Shown here piece after piece: positions 38,388-51,742 of a DNA stretch of 64,000 nucleotides; positions within the stretch are counted from its first letter, which is position 1; the number at the start of each line of letters is the position of its first letter. This DNA comes from Octopus sinensis (taxonomy: Eukaryota): assembly GCF_006345805.1 (NCBI RefSeq), contig NC_043000.1, positions 16,926,001 to 16,990,000 of the forward strand. Reading direction: 5' to 3'. The notes below the pieces were generated by a model. That model did not search any database. It saw nothing but the letters and a program-made list of their open reading frames with translations, and was not told the DNA's origin. Made by a program: the position numbers and the translations under genes.

Positions 38388-38608
38388 CCCTTTAGTGTTT
38401 GCATTATTCTACCAAAATTAATGCTTTTTCATCCAAATTGTTTTGAACTAATCATGCATTATCTTGTACCTATGAGATTTTGATGAGGTAGCTGTTGATT
38501 TTTAAAACGATATTGTAGGGTTGGTGTGAGAGACCAGATCTGGCCAGTTTGAACATAAAACAGGCTGAATACTTTTGGCCGGATATGGCCAGTTAAAATG
38601 CTAAAGGG
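38388..38608 (+). mobile_element. MITE family F
   Basis: TTAA at 38384-87 and 38609-12. Confidence 0.9.
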
Positions 38609-40438
38609 TTAAAAGATGAAATGGTAATTTTCTAGAATGTCTGATTTTGGATTACTGGGTCAGGACCTACCTGGCACTAAACAATAACAACAAGGAAGGC
38701 CACATTTGGTGATGTAGTCCTAGATACACTATCCGAAGAAAGAAAACAATTATAACCAAACAACCAAGTATGTCAAGATCACAAATTGTCCCTGGCGGTC
38801 ACCAAACAAAAGATTGTCAGCTGGAAAGTGAAAGCTTTGGACTTGAGCAAACGTTTGATCTCCATCTACACACCAACAACTCCCTTCATCAGACACCAGC
38901 AAGTAGTAAATCATTACCTGTCTTTTATCATGTTCAAAAAGTAAAAAAGGTGGTGGTGCCGGTGAGGGGAAGGAAGCAGTGATCCCAGTCTGAGGATGAG
39001 CTTTGTAACTGCTTTGCTAACCAGTGGAGTATAAGTAATTGATATAACATTAACAAGTAGAAGTAGTAGTAGAGGCAGCAATGACAGCTGCAGTTTTCAA
39101 AAGTAGTAGAACTAATAGTAGTGGTAGTATCAGTAGTAAGTAGTATTAGTAGCAGTGGTAAAAGTAGGAGCAATAGAAGGGGTAGCAATAACAGCTGCAG
39201 TATCAGTAGTAGTATGGAGGAAGGTAGTAATGTACGAAAAAAGTCTAAGGAGAAGTGGGTAGTGTAGGGGAAAGATTATTGATATTTACAGAGACTGGTG
39301 GTCTCTACCCTCTATCTACACAAGCACAGTATGTATAAGTGGGTGTGATAGAAAAGGGTAGAGGAGTATAGGTGAGTTACTAAGTGACCATGGCTAATAG
39401 GCTTCCATCTTATGTTTGTATCCGCAACATTAACTTAAAAGGACATGTAGTCTTAAAGTACATTATTTCTGAAAACTAAATGGAGAGGTCATGAATGGAA
39501 TGTCTTTGATCATAAGTCCTTAGGATAACGGATGAAAATAACACTGTCAGAACTAAATACCTTCAGCACAAATCCCTATATTGTTGCTCAACTAGCTGTA
39601 AATAGCAACCCAATTTCCCTCAAATCTTGCCCTTTGAAAATAAAAAAAAATAAAAAGGGAGAGAAAAGGGACACATTGTTTTATATGGTCATAATTAGAA
39701 TAACTAGAATACCTTTGATCATAGGGTTGTTGAATCAGGGATGCCCTGGAGTTAAATAGCAATAGGACAAAACAAATCATAAAGACTGTCAAGTTACTGG
39801 GCACTTTTCAGCCATTTCTTTGAGACAATGTGGCCACCCACTCTGTTAGATATAATAGCCAAATTTCCCTCACATTATAGCATTACCATCTAATAAAAAA
39901 AAAATAAAGAAAGAAAAAAGACATTGAGCTCTGTTGTCCTGGATATACCATGCTTAATTAAAAGATGAAATGGTAATTTGCTAGAATGTCTGATTTTGGA
40001 TTACTGGGTCAGGACCTACATGGCACTAGACAGTAACAACAAGGAAGGCCACATTTGGTGATGTAGTCCTAGATACACTATGCCTGAATAAATGCTATGA
40101 ACTTCAATCCCATTTCTGCTCAATAAGGCTAAATAACAACCTTCTTGTTTTGCTTTTTATTCTGCGGATATACACCTGTCCCGGAGGTATTTCTCCATCC
40201 ATTAGCTAGATTGGAACTTTTTGCTTTCTTGAAATGCCAGCCAAACCAAATTGTTGCTGCTGATGAATTCAACCTAAAAACTATCGAATCAGCAACAACA
40301 AAGAAATAAATATATAAATAAAAAAAAGCTGCACTGACTGGTTCATTGTGGCCAGAGTTTTGTTATGGTGTTAGTTCTGTACGGTACCATGTAACTGTTC
40401 TGGTCCATTATCGATCACGACTGCAGTCTATGTCATAC

Positions 40439-40464
40439 CAAAGATGCGACGGTCACGGACAGTA
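40439..40464 (-). other. Candidate 26-nt microexon
   Basis: About 95-nt polypyrimidine tract, ttcttcctgtag| acceptor, TTG|GTATGA donor; CpG-retaining; open in two frames (TVRDRRIF or LSVTVASL). Confidence 0.3.
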
Positions 40465-40967
40465 CTACAGGAAGAAGAAAACGAAGAAAAAGAGAGGAAG
40501 GAGGAAGAAAGAAGAAGAAGGGGGAAGAAAGAAGAAGGAGGAAGAAAGAAGAGGAAGGGGAGACAAGACTTAAAATCATGTGACTTCGTTATTAATAATA
40601 CAAAAGTCAATGCTTGCTTGAAGCCAGCCAAGGTGAAAAGAATACAACAACAACAGTGATGATGATGATGATGATGAAGAGGAGGAAATGATTTCTAGTT
40701 TTGGCACAAGGCCACATGTTTACAAAGGATGGAAACAAAGTTGATTTTATGAACGCCCCCAGTAATTTTATTTGGCTGTTACTTGTATTGATCCCCGAGG
40801 GATGAAAGACAATGTTGACACTGATGAGATTTGAAACTGGAATCTAAAGAGTTGGAGCTCCATCATGCAACACCGTTTAGCCTGGCACCTTAAACAGTTT
40901 CTGTCATCTGACCATGAAGTGACAATCTCCAAACACACACACACACCACTGATATATGCAACAATGG

Positions 40968-41355
40968 ATGGAAGCACTCCGTCGGTTACGACGATGAGGG
41001 TTCCGGTTGATCCGAATCAACGGAACAGCCTGCTCGTGAAATTAACGTGTAAGTGGCTGAGCACTCCACAGACACGTACACCCTTAACGTAGTTCTCGGG
41101 GATATTCAGCGTGACACAGAGAGTGACAAGGCCGGCCCCTTGAAATACAGGTACAACAGAAACAGGAAGTAAGAGTGAGAGAAAGTTGTGGTGAAAGAGT
41201 ACAGCAGGGATCACCACCATCCCCTGCCAGAGCCTCGTGGAGCTTTTAGGTGTTTTTGCTCAATAAACACTCACAACGCCCGGTCTGGGAATCGAAACCG
41301 CGAGCCTATGACCGCGAGTCCACTGCCCTAACCACTGGGCCATTGCGCCTCCACA
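40968..41355 (-). mobile_element. SINE family D
   Basis: Reverse complement of 4917-5302. Confidence 0.9.
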
Positions 41356-41479
41356 CCATTCAATCAACACTATTAACATTTGGTCTAAAGTCACATGGCT
41401 TGTTTGAAATAATAACCAAATTTCCTTCAAATCGTACCTGTGATATTACGGATTAAAAAAAAAAAAAAAAAGGAAGGTA

Positions 41480-41830
41480 CAAGCATGGCAGTGGGGTTAA
41501 GAAGCTTGCTTCTTGACTATGTGGTCTTGGGTTCAGTCCTGCTATGTGGCACCTTCATCAAGTGTCTTCTACTGTAGCCCTGGGCTGACCAAATCCTTGT
41601 CAGCAGATTTGGTAGGCGGAAACTAAAAGAAGTCTATCATGAGTGTTTGTTTGTGCCTGTGTGTTTGTGTTGTGTTTATCTCCCACCCACCGCCACACTT
41701 GACAACTGGTGTGAGTTTGTTTATGTTCCTGTAACTTTGTGGTTTGAGGAAAGAGATTGATAGATTTAGCCATTCAAGGTGGTACCTCAGCATGGCTGTA
41801 GTCCAATGACTGAAACAAGTAGAGGATAAA
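41480..41830 (+). mobile_element. Old SINE family B copy
   Basis: Degenerate but colinear; other old copies at about 7880-8130 and 44310-44620. Confidence 0.7.
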
Positions 41831-42006
41831 AGAAGATAAAGAACACATTGGGTAATTTACTGGATGATTTATACAAAATGCTGCTATGGTCAGTCAAAAC
41901 TCCTTAACATACATTTTTGTTCATACTGAGCTGTCCTTGGGCTAAACAATAAGAACAGCCACTACCAATAATACCATTCAGTTCCTGATTCACTGCTACT
42001 GTCACC

Positions 42007-42244
42007 TATTTCTTTACTACTCACAAGGGGCTAAACACAGAGGGGACAAACAAGGACAGACAAACGGATTAAGTCAATTACATCGACCCCAGTGCATAAC
42101 TAGTACTTAATTTATCGACCCCGAAAGGATGAACGGCAAAACTGAACTCGGGGGAATTTGAACTCAGAACATAACAGCAGACGAAATACGGCTCCGCATT
42201 TCGCCCGACGAGCTAACGGTTCTGCCAGCCAGCTTGCCGTCTCA
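42007..42244 (-). mobile_element. SINE family A with 19-bp TSD
   Basis: TSD attcactgctactgtcacc at 41988-42006 and 42245-42263. Confidence 0.92.
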
Positions 42245-42420
42245 ATTCACTGCTACTGTCACCATTACATAACATTGTACAATGTGTTATATAGCAGAGT
42301 GTAAAGAGGGGAGAGAAAAGAAGACAATAGTGTTAAGAATGTGAGGTTATATAAAGGTCATGTGATTCCAGAGATTGCAGGGGAGAGAGAGAGAGAGAGA
42401 AGGGAGGTGTATAGCTATAC

Positions 42421-42817
42421 TCTTTTTACTCTTTTACTTGTTTCAGTCATTTGACTGCGGCCATGCTGGAGCACCGCCTTTAGTCGAGCAAATCGACCCC
42501 GGGACTTATTCTTTGTAAGCCCAGTGCTTATTCTATCGGTCTCTTTTTGCCAAACCGTTAAGTGACAGGGACGTAAACACACCAGCATCGGTTGCCAAGC
42601 AATGCCAGGGGGACAAACACAGACACACAAACACACACACATATATATATATATATACGACAGGCTTCTTTCAGTTTCCGTCTGCCAAATCCACTCACAA
42701 GGCATTGGTCGGCCCGGGGCTATAGCAGAAGACACTTGCCCAAGATGCCACGCAGTGGGACTGAACCTGGAACCATGTGGTTGGTAAGCAAGCTACTTAC
42801 CACACAGCCACTCCTGC
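42421..42817 (-). mobile_element. SINE family B next to a hAT MITE H fragment (42820-42925)
   Basis: Young full-length B; flank matches the reverse of the H left part. Confidence 0.88.
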
Positions 42818-43057
42818 TCCTGTATAAAAAAAAATGTGAAAATATTTTGTGTATAATCAATTTATTGCACATAAATTCTAACGAAATCTTATATGGGATC
42901 CCCAAAGGTCATAGGGACCCTGGTGTCTGAAAGGAAACAGGGAGGTGGAAGAGGTTTTTGTCTTTGTAACTAAGCAGTTTGCTTCACAACCATGTGGTTC
43001 CATGTTCAGAGCTATGGTGAGGCAAGTGAGAAATGTCTTGTGCTATGATGAATGATG

Positions 43058-43441
43058 AAAGCACTCCGTCGGTTACGACGATGAGGGTTCCGGTTGATCC
43101 GAATCAACGGAACAGCCTGCTCGTGAAATTAACGTGTAAGTGGCTGAGCACTCCACAGACACGTGTACCCTTAACGTAGTTCTCGGGGATATTCAGTGTG
43201 ACACAGAGAGTGACAAGGCCGGCCCCTTGAAATACAGGTACAACAGAAACAGGAAGTAAGAGTGAGAGAAAGTTGTGGTGAAAGAGTACAGCAGGGATCA
43301 CCACCATCCCCTGCCGGAGCCTCGTGGAGCTTTTAGGTGTTTTCGCTCAATAAACACTCACAACGCCCGGTGTGGGAATCGAAACCGCGATCCTATGACC
43401 GCGAGTCCACTGCCCTAACCACTGGGCCATTGCGCCTCCAC
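43058..43441 (-). mobile_element. SINE family D nested in an old SINE B (42960-43520)
   Basis: 12/13 TSD tgtcttgtgctat / tgtcttctgctat. Confidence 0.88.
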
Positions 43442-46036
43442 TGTCTTCTGCTATAGCCTTAAGCCAACCAAAGCCTTGTGAATGAATCAGGTTGGCACAA
43501 AGTGAAAGAAGCTCACTGTGTGTGTGTGTGTGTGTACATGTACTCATGTTTTGATATCATGTGATAACTGTAAACGAGTGTCATTGTCATACAAGTGGTG
43601 TCCTTTTGTTTCCAATCTTCAATGAAAATATGTCCAGCTACAGACAAAATAATATCTTGCTTGGAAACAAGTAAAGGTTGGTGGCAGGAAAGACATCCAG
43701 CTATAGAAAATTGGTCGTTAAAAGGATGATGATCATTATTACTACAGACAGACAATATTCTTCTACTCAAATGTGAGGAATGTAACCCAGTTGAAAAATC
43801 GAGAAATTATCGTGCCTAATTTGCATACTCAAAATTTGAATACATAATTAGCAAATGGGCATATCTGAGATTTCAAAATATGCAAATTTACATATTTAAT
43901 TAGTAATTAAGTTGCTTGTTGTTCTAAAAGAAACTGCTTAGCACAAATAATCAGTATTAGTTTGATTATGTGCTGCTAATAGAATTTGAGGTATTTCATT
44001 CAAGCATATTAAAATAGCTGAACTTTTAAGTCACTTTTCAAGCGTCTTAACATTTGCAGGTAAAATTTTTTTTTGCTGGAATCCATATTTTTAAGAGTCT
44101 GCAGCACAAAACATGCAATAAATATTATGTTTCATTTGCTTTAAAAACCCCAAACCTTGTTGAAAGTAATCCTGATTTGGTTGATTTTCTTAGTCAATTT
44201 ATGTACCAGGCTTGATAAAAAAATAAAAAAAAATAAAAAAAAAAAGGAAAAATACAGAAGTTTTAAAATCACCCCACCACAATTTATTATTATCGTTTTT
44301 TTTTTATCAGGTGCAGGCATAATTGTGTGGTTAAGAAACTTGCTTTGAAACTACATGACTTTGGGTTCAGTCCCACTGCACAGCATCTTGGGCGAGCATC
44401 TTCTGCTATAGCACCAGGACAATGAATACTTTTTGAGTAAATATGGTAGATGGAAACTGTGTGGAAGCCTACACTATATACATACACACACACACACACA
44501 CATATATATATGTATGTATGTGTGCGTGTGTGTCTACTCTCACCACTTGACAACCAATGTTGTTTCATTCATGTCCCTATAACTTTGTAGTTTGGCAAAA
44601 GAGACTGATAGAATAAATACCAGACATCATCATCATCATCGTTTAATGTCAGCCTTCCATGCTGGCATGGACTGGATGGTTAGACAGAAGTCGGCCAGGC
44701 AGGAGCCTGCACCAGACTTCTCTGTCTGTTTTGGTAGGGTTTTTACAGCTGGATGCCCTTTCTAACACAAACCATCCAGCAGAGTGGACTGGGTGCTTTT
44801 TATAGGCAAGGTCAGTTTTGGCAAGGTTTTCTACAGCTGGATACCCTTCCAAATGTCAAGACTTTGAAACAAGTAAAAAAAAAATTACATTTCATGGGAT
44901 GTTTTGTTTTATTCAGAAAGAATTTTAAATCACATTTAACCTTCTAAACTCTAGAACACATTGTCCAATATGTCCAATAAGTGTTTTTCACAAAATGAAA
45001 TCCTTAACCAAAGTCTTTAAAATGCAGCCATTATTCACTTGCTTCATGTCTTTGAATTTTTGGTGTACTACACCTGGTTATAGGTCACATGAAATCATAG
45101 TTAATTCATAACTGTTCAGTCAGGTTTTTGTACAATATGGTGGTGGGCCAATAGAAGAAACAGTGATGTGGTTTCATATGGATGACAGTCAAGCTGGCAA
45201 GCTTGAGTCAGAAACTCGAGTTGTTAGTACAAGCACAGCCAGTCAAGTTTCTAATCAATAAGTATTTAATCTCTCTCTCTCTCTCTCTCTCCCTCTAAAC
45301 TAATCCACTGGCTGAGTTTTTAGGTTAGGTTTTATTCATTAATCAATATCTCTCTTCTTATTCATTAGTGTACTTCTTCATAATTGTTATTATTATTATT
45401 ATCATTTATTATTATTATTATTATTATTATATTTAAACCATTATCACTATAATCATCAACATCATCCTCATCTTTTCTATAATTACATTTATAACTACCA
45501 TTAAATTTATCAGTCATCTTTATCATATTCATAGCTTTCATGAGATGATCATCATTATCGTCAATGGAAATTTATTTGGCTTCGTAGCAAGGAATGGGAT
45601 GGGGAGAGAAAGTGGTATGGAGAGAGTATTTTAAGATTTAGAAATGTCTAGTCGTTCAAGTCATTGGCAGAGGGAAGCTGGCTGCCTGGTTGACAGGTGA
45701 ACAACAACGGTTCCCTATACACACTGACCTTAATTAATACACAAGCAATGGCTGTATACGGCATGTTTGCACAGGTTATGATACCTGGCTTTATACATTC
45801 ACACCAACACACACACATGTATACACACACGCGTATACACACACACGTATACACACACTTCTCATTTTCCTCAGCAAGTTTCACTGATCTGAATGGTCTA
45901 GTTGTTCAGTCAATGGAACTACGTAAACCATATATTCCAAGTTGCTGAATACTCTACTGATATTAGTACTGTTAACATAGCTCGCACACAAAACCACCAT
46001 GACAGTGTGTAACAAGGCTGTCTTTAGTACATTTAA

Positions 46037-46650
46037 CTTTTTACTATTCAGATTATTCTGTCATACAGAATTCTTATTTGTTCACATCATTTTGAATCAA
46101 TCAAGGTGTAGGAGTGGCTGTGTGGTAAGTAGCTTGCTTACCAACCACATGGTTCCGGGTTCAGTCCCACTGTGCGGCACCTTGGGCAAGTGTCTTCTAC
46201 TATAGCCTCGGGATGACCAAAGCCTTGTGAGTGGATTTGGTAGACAGAAACTGAAAGAAGCCCGTTGTATATATGTATATATATGTGTATGTGTGTTTAT
46301 GTGTTTGTTCCCCCAACATCGCTTGACAACCGACGCTGGGTGTGTTTACGTCCCTGTAACTTAGCGGTTCAGGAAAAGAGACTGATAGAATAAGTACTAG
46401 GCTTACAAAGAATAAGTCCTGGGGTCGATTTGCTCGACTAAAGGCAGTGCTCCAGCATGGCCATAGTCACATGACTTGAAACACGTAAAAAGAGAGTATC
46501 TTGTAGCTTTGAGATTTCTATGATGTGACATGATTGTATATTTCTACAATGGCATTGTAGAGTAGGTGTGAGAGACCAGATCTGGTCAGTTTGAACATAA
46601 AGCAGCTAAAATATTTAGGCAGAATATGACCAGTTTAAATGCTAAACAGG
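46037..46650 (+). mobile_element. MITE family F split by SINE B (46105-46497, +)
   Basis: F left part attcagattattctgtc...ttttgaatcaatca, then B, then F right part ending aatgctaaacagg. Confidence 0.8.
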
Positions 46651-46755
46651 TTACATAATGCTCAGGTAAAATCACTATGATCCAGTTGTGGCAAAGTTGC
46701 CTCTTGTACATTAAACATAAGAATTACCTTAATGTGTAACATCTTGTACCCTTAA

Positions 46756-46973
46756 CCCCTTTGTTACCATATTTGTTAACATATGCCACCTTTGTTTCAA
46801 TTAATCGTTAAAATAATGAAGAATATAGTAAAATAACTTTATAATTATTAAGCTGGGGCCTGGAACAATTTAGCATAAAATTTTGATGGAAGATTATAAT
46901 TGATACTACTTTAGAAGAGTAAGTTTATGTCATTGAACTTGGGTTGGTCTCAGGCGAGTTGGTATCAAAAGGG
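46756..46973 (+). mobile_element. MITE family G
   Basis: TTAA at 46752-55 and 46974-77; termini cccctttgttacc / ggtatcaaaaggg. Confidence 0.85.
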
Positions 46974-47510
46974 TTAATCCTCAGACAGAATCACTGTGAC
47001 AATCTGTGATAAAGCTGTACCTTGTACTCTTAGCTAGCTGTATCAGGCCAAAATATTTGATTTGTCGTCTCTTGAACCTGGCCAGATCCAGCCTTTAATC
47101 ACAACCTTACAATGTCATTCTAAAACTAAACTTATCACATCATTGAAACCTCTAAACTACAAGATGAACTTTTCCCTGCTCCTAAATTTGTGACCATGTT
47201 CTAAATTTAGAAATTATCGTCATTATTATCATTGGAAAGCACAGTTGCATTACTGAAAACTGTGTCTTTGAATTCACGTGTGGGCTTATATTCTGGAAAA
47301 GAAATCCTGTAAATTCTTTCCAAATCTTCCCATATTTTGGATGAAGCTTGTGGAGTAAAAACATTTTTATTCATTTTGCTTCCCTGCTAGAAAATGAAAT
47401 GACAAGAAGCAAGAGGTTTCTACTGTCTGAACCAAATAACAGATATTTAATATGTACCGTAGGTTTCCCAGTGAGAAAATGATTTGTGTAGTACAGTAGT
47501 TGTGATGCTT

Positions 47511-47952
47511 GTGCCGGTGGCACATAAAAAGCACCATCCGAACGTGGCCGTAGCCAGCGCCGACTCGACTGGCTTCTGTGCCGGTGGCACATAAAAAGCA
47601 CTATCCGAACGTGGCCGTAGCCAGCGCCGCCCCGACTGGCTTCTGTGCCGGTGGCACATAAAAAGCACCATCCGAACGTTGCCAGCGCAGCCTTGTTTGG
47701 CTTCCGTGCCGCTGGCACGTTAAAAGCTCCAACTGATCGTGGCCGATGCCGGACCCCCCTGGCACCTGTGCAGGTGGCACGTAAAAAGCACCCACTACAC
47801 TCGCGGAGTGGTTGGCGTTAAGAAGGGCATCCAGCCATAGAAACTCTGCCAGATCAGACTGGAGCCTGGAGCAGCCCCTGGCTTCCCAGACCCCGGTCGA
47901 ACCGTCCAACCCGTGCTAGCGCGGAAAACGGACGTTAAACGATGATGATGAT
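47511..47952 (+). mobile_element. Family C retroposon with five internal repeat units
   Basis: Units at 47511, 47578, 47645, 47706 and 47768; (GAT)n tail. Confidence 0.88.
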
Positions 47953-48886
47953 TTGTGTGGATGTAAACTAAAGAAAAAAAATCGCTATTTGTCCTCTGTG
48001 CTTGTATGTGCCACTACACAACATCTCTCTACTAGCACTGCCATCATGTTCACTACCAATGTCAGTAATTACCATGATGACCAACAATATCTCCATGACC
48101 ACAGGACTATCTCCACCACTGCTGCTGCTGCTGCCAGCAAGTGATGTCACTAGTCTTTACCAAAACAATGAGTGATGTCAATGAAAGACAATCAATATAG
48201 CCATTATAGATAAATCATGTTATGACATGAAAACATGGAAAAACTTGTGTAAATTATCACTATCATCATCTCCCGAGAGCTGTATTAGTCACTACAGCTT
48301 CCTCCTCCACCATACACACACACAGTATATATAAGTATGGTGTGATGAAGACAATTTATAAAGAAAAGGTGACAAACTTACAGGTGTCCAGTAGTAGGGT
48401 CCCACTGGGCGTGGCATTAGATTACCAACCTATAGGTTCAGACATACTGTGGTCAATTTGAATCAGCACACCTGTATTCTGATTGTTTCAATTTATCTCG
48501 GTGTTAGAAATAGGTACCAGATAACCCGTGTGTGTGTGGGGGGGTGTTTCTCCTTCTTACCCATGCAAGCATAGAAAAGCAGATGTTATAACAAAATCAT
48601 GAACAATGATTGAACCTCACACACACATATTGGTCTACATGTGGCTGCTTAGCTTCAATGGGCTTTTTCTCTTTTTAGTTGCTAGTGCTTAGTTCTTATT
48701 TCATCAGTAGACGAAACCTCGAGGTTCTATTTCCTAATGAGACAAAAGTGTATAATGATTATGATAAAATGAGTAGTAGCCATGTACTTTATTCTATCCA
48801 AATTACCCCTACATTTTGTCCACAAGAAACTAAGGGCCAAGTACAACACAAAACATTAGTACATAATATATATTATATATATATCA

Positions 48887-49098
48887 GCTGTGTACATGAA
48901 AAAGAAGTAATTTCTACTCTTCTCCTCTGGAAGCCATCTACTCGCAATACCAGAGGGCGCACACTCTCCTACCCTGATGTAATCTCCAGGGATACAGGCA
49001 TCCAGCAACAGGACCTCCGTAATGCCATGATGGACCGTGAAGTCTGGCGTAGCATGGTAAATTCCATTGTCTCGACCACGGTCGAACAATGATGATGA
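48887..49098 (+). mobile_element. 3' end of an RTE-clade LINE
   Basis: LLLWKPSTRNTRGRTLSYPDVISRDTG...AMMDREVWRSMV* resembles the RTE ORF C-terminus; (TGA)n tail follows the stop. Confidence 0.75.
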
Positions 49099-49520
49099 TG
49101 ACATTACACTGATGACATCTAAGTAATACTTAAGTATTGTTTTGATGATATCAAAGGGGTTTTTTATGAAGTGTCTTAACCTACTAGAAATAATGACCAA
49201 ATCTCTCTCAAATTGTGCCCTACCCTGTTTAAAAAAAGATATAAGATAAAGTAGTTCTAGATATGATAAGTCTGGATAATAATACTATAAAAAATTTGGC
49301 TGAATAAAAAAGACAGATGGTTGGAATGCCTGGAATGATCACAAGTCTATGCAAGTAAGGCTGACCTGAGACTAAACAACAGTTTTGCTATTACTTACAT
49401 ACCATATAAGAATACCATTGTATATAGTACTTTATTTGATGTATAAGACAGAAATCAATCCTGGATATGGCATCAATGGGTTAACTTAAATCATCTTACT
49501 GATAAATGTAGCATAAAGGG

Positions 49521-49702
49521 CTCTCTCTCTCTTTTACTTGTTTCAGTCATTTGACTGCGGCCATGCTGGAGCACCGCCTTTAGTCGAGCAAATCGACCCC
49601 GGGACTTATTCTTTGTAAGCCCAGTACTTATTCTATCAGTCTCTTTTGCCGAACCGCTAAGTGACGGGGACGTAAACATACCACAGCCACTCCTGCGCCT
49701 AT
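49521..49702 (-). mobile_element. SINE family B with an internal deletion of about 200 bp
   Basis: Tail half joins directly to head (gtaaaca|taccacagccactcctgcgcct). Confidence 0.85.
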
Positions 49703-51065
49703 GTGTCTAGAAATAACAAAATACATGCAACAGATTTGAACTCATGGCCAAAAAGCAGCTCAATTCAATATCCTACGTATGGAACCATCTTGTTGTCACC
49801 ACACTGTAACAATGATTCTCTTTACACCCAGCGTAGCGTGAACACTCAAAATATTCAATATATTGAAGTATATCGATATGTTTAAAACAAACAAACAAAC
49901 AAACATGTTTCACGCTTTAGTTTTTCTTGCTGAATCTCAAGTAAAAAGAATACTTAACAGTTGACAAACTAATTGCAGTATACAAATTAGCTTGGCTGTT
50001 ACTAAACTAAGTAGTATTTCCTCTGTAGCAATAAATATGTTCCCCTCTACCTCTCTCTCTCTCCTGGCAGAGTTAAGTGGAACCTACTGGTGGCTAAGAT
50101 GAAGGCCATTCTGATACCTGCATGATTTTGCTAGCCAAGACCATGGAGTAAGTAGCCAACAGCAAGAATATGTTTCAAATAAATAAATATGGAAGAGTTA
50201 GTGTGAACATATTTAATGCATGGAGCATTAATTAAAATTAGAAATAATCATGTTGATAAAGAAACAAAAAACAATATTAGTCCATGGATAATATTGGCAC
50301 AATTATTTCATCTATTATGAGACACAAATCAGGGTTTGTTTCAGTCTTATTATGGCCTCCTCAGTCAATACACTCGCCCTTACCAAAATAGCGATGACAG
50401 AATCACTAAGTCAATGTGTAACACTGTACACTAGCTGCATGGAAAAACAGAATTGTTTAGAGAATCTTCAATGGCAATGATGATAACAATTCATGTAAAG
50501 TTTTATGGGATTTAAGAAATATCTCTCCACTCCAAACATTACAAAATACTCTTTCATGTGTGTGTGTGTTTTCAGGCACGTAAACATATCTGATAGGTGT
50601 AACAAAAGACTGCTAACAAGACAGTAAAATCTATGTGAAACTGAGAAGGTCTAATAAAACCAAAACATGCCTGGAATTATCTCTCATACTTACTGAAATA
50701 AAATGTTTATCATTAAGTTTATATCTTTTCCTCATTACATACGTATTTCTAATTAGTCATTTCTTTTCACTCACTACATTAAATATGCCATCACTAACTT
50801 CACTGTTTTCATGTGAATCACATATTTAAATAACTACCTCAGTGATTTTTTTAAATCACCAATTTGACAAGCATGGTGAAATCAGTGCTTGGCTAAAGAG
50901 GTCTAATAAGAGTGAAGCAAACTTGGAGTTATCTCCACTACATGCAAATGTGATTAGAATAATATTGTCCTTTACTTGCAGCAGAAATAATACTAAATAA
51001 ACTTTTTTGATACCTCTTGCTTTAAATATATCTATGTTACTCTACATATATCTAGTATCTACATT

Positions 51066-51400
51066 ATGGCTCAGTGGTTAGAGCGTCGAGCTTACGATCG
51101 TGAGGTTGTGAGCTCGAATCCCGGACCGGGCTGCGTGTTGTGTTCTCGAGCAAGGCACTTTATTTCACGTTGCTCCAGTTCACTCAGCTGTAGAAATGAG
51201 TTGCGACGTCACAGGTGCCAAGCTGTATCGACCTTTGTCTTTCCCTTGGATAACACTGGTGGCGTGGAGAGGGGAGGCTGGTATGCATGGGCGACTGCTG
51301 GTCTTCCATAAACAACCTCGCCCGGACTTGTGTCTAGGAGGGTAACTTTCTAGGTGTAATCCCATGGTCATTCATGACCGAAGGGGGTCTTTACCCTTTA
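51066..51400 (+). mobile_element. tRNA-derived SINE family E, CORE-like, full length
   Basis: A box tggctcagtgg, B-box-like gagctcgaatcc, CORE-like gagcaaggcactttatttcacgttgctcc. Confidence 0.8.
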
Positions 51401-51742
51401 CATTTTGGTGCAAGACATCTCAAAGATTCCATACTCTGTCAAATTGTATTTGCTAGTATGTTTGAATTTAGGATAACAAAACCATTCAACTGAAAGTGTT
51501 AAAAGTCTTTATGCAAAGAATTATTATTGATCCTTTTGTTAACCAAAGTCATGTTGACCCTTGTACAATGTATTTTAGAATGAAGGGTAAATTTTATACA
51601 CAAGAATACTATTGGTAATTTACATAGAAAAATCTCAGTTGTGAATCTAGTGTATGAAGTATATATTAGTACTATATACTATTATGTTAGTTAAGACTAC
51701 AAATGATCTGCTATTGGTAATCATGTAAGCCATTGCTACCTG

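Noticed and set aside
38760-38870. RT motif ALDLSK(A)FD requiring a frameshift
   Set aside because: Single short motif without convincing neighbouring RT motifs.
40251-40298. Hammerhead-like CTGATGA with a perfect 9-bp flanking stem
   Set aside because: No stem II pairing, GAAT instead of GAAA, and no room for stem III; at best a ruined relic.
47511-47800. CRISPR array (palindromic repeat plus spacers)
   Set aside because: Spacers are homologous to each other, the array is inside a dispersed eukaryotic retroposon, and there are no cas genes.
48378-48425. Strong minus-strand donor CCT|GTAAGT with 48-nt open segment VGNLMPRPVGPYYWTP
   Set aside because: Acceptor lacks a pyrimidine tract, and the better acceptor upstream gives stops in all frames.
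51066-51140. tRNA gene
   Set aside because: A/B boxes are present but there is no acceptor stem; it continues into a SINE body. The same applies to B and D heads.
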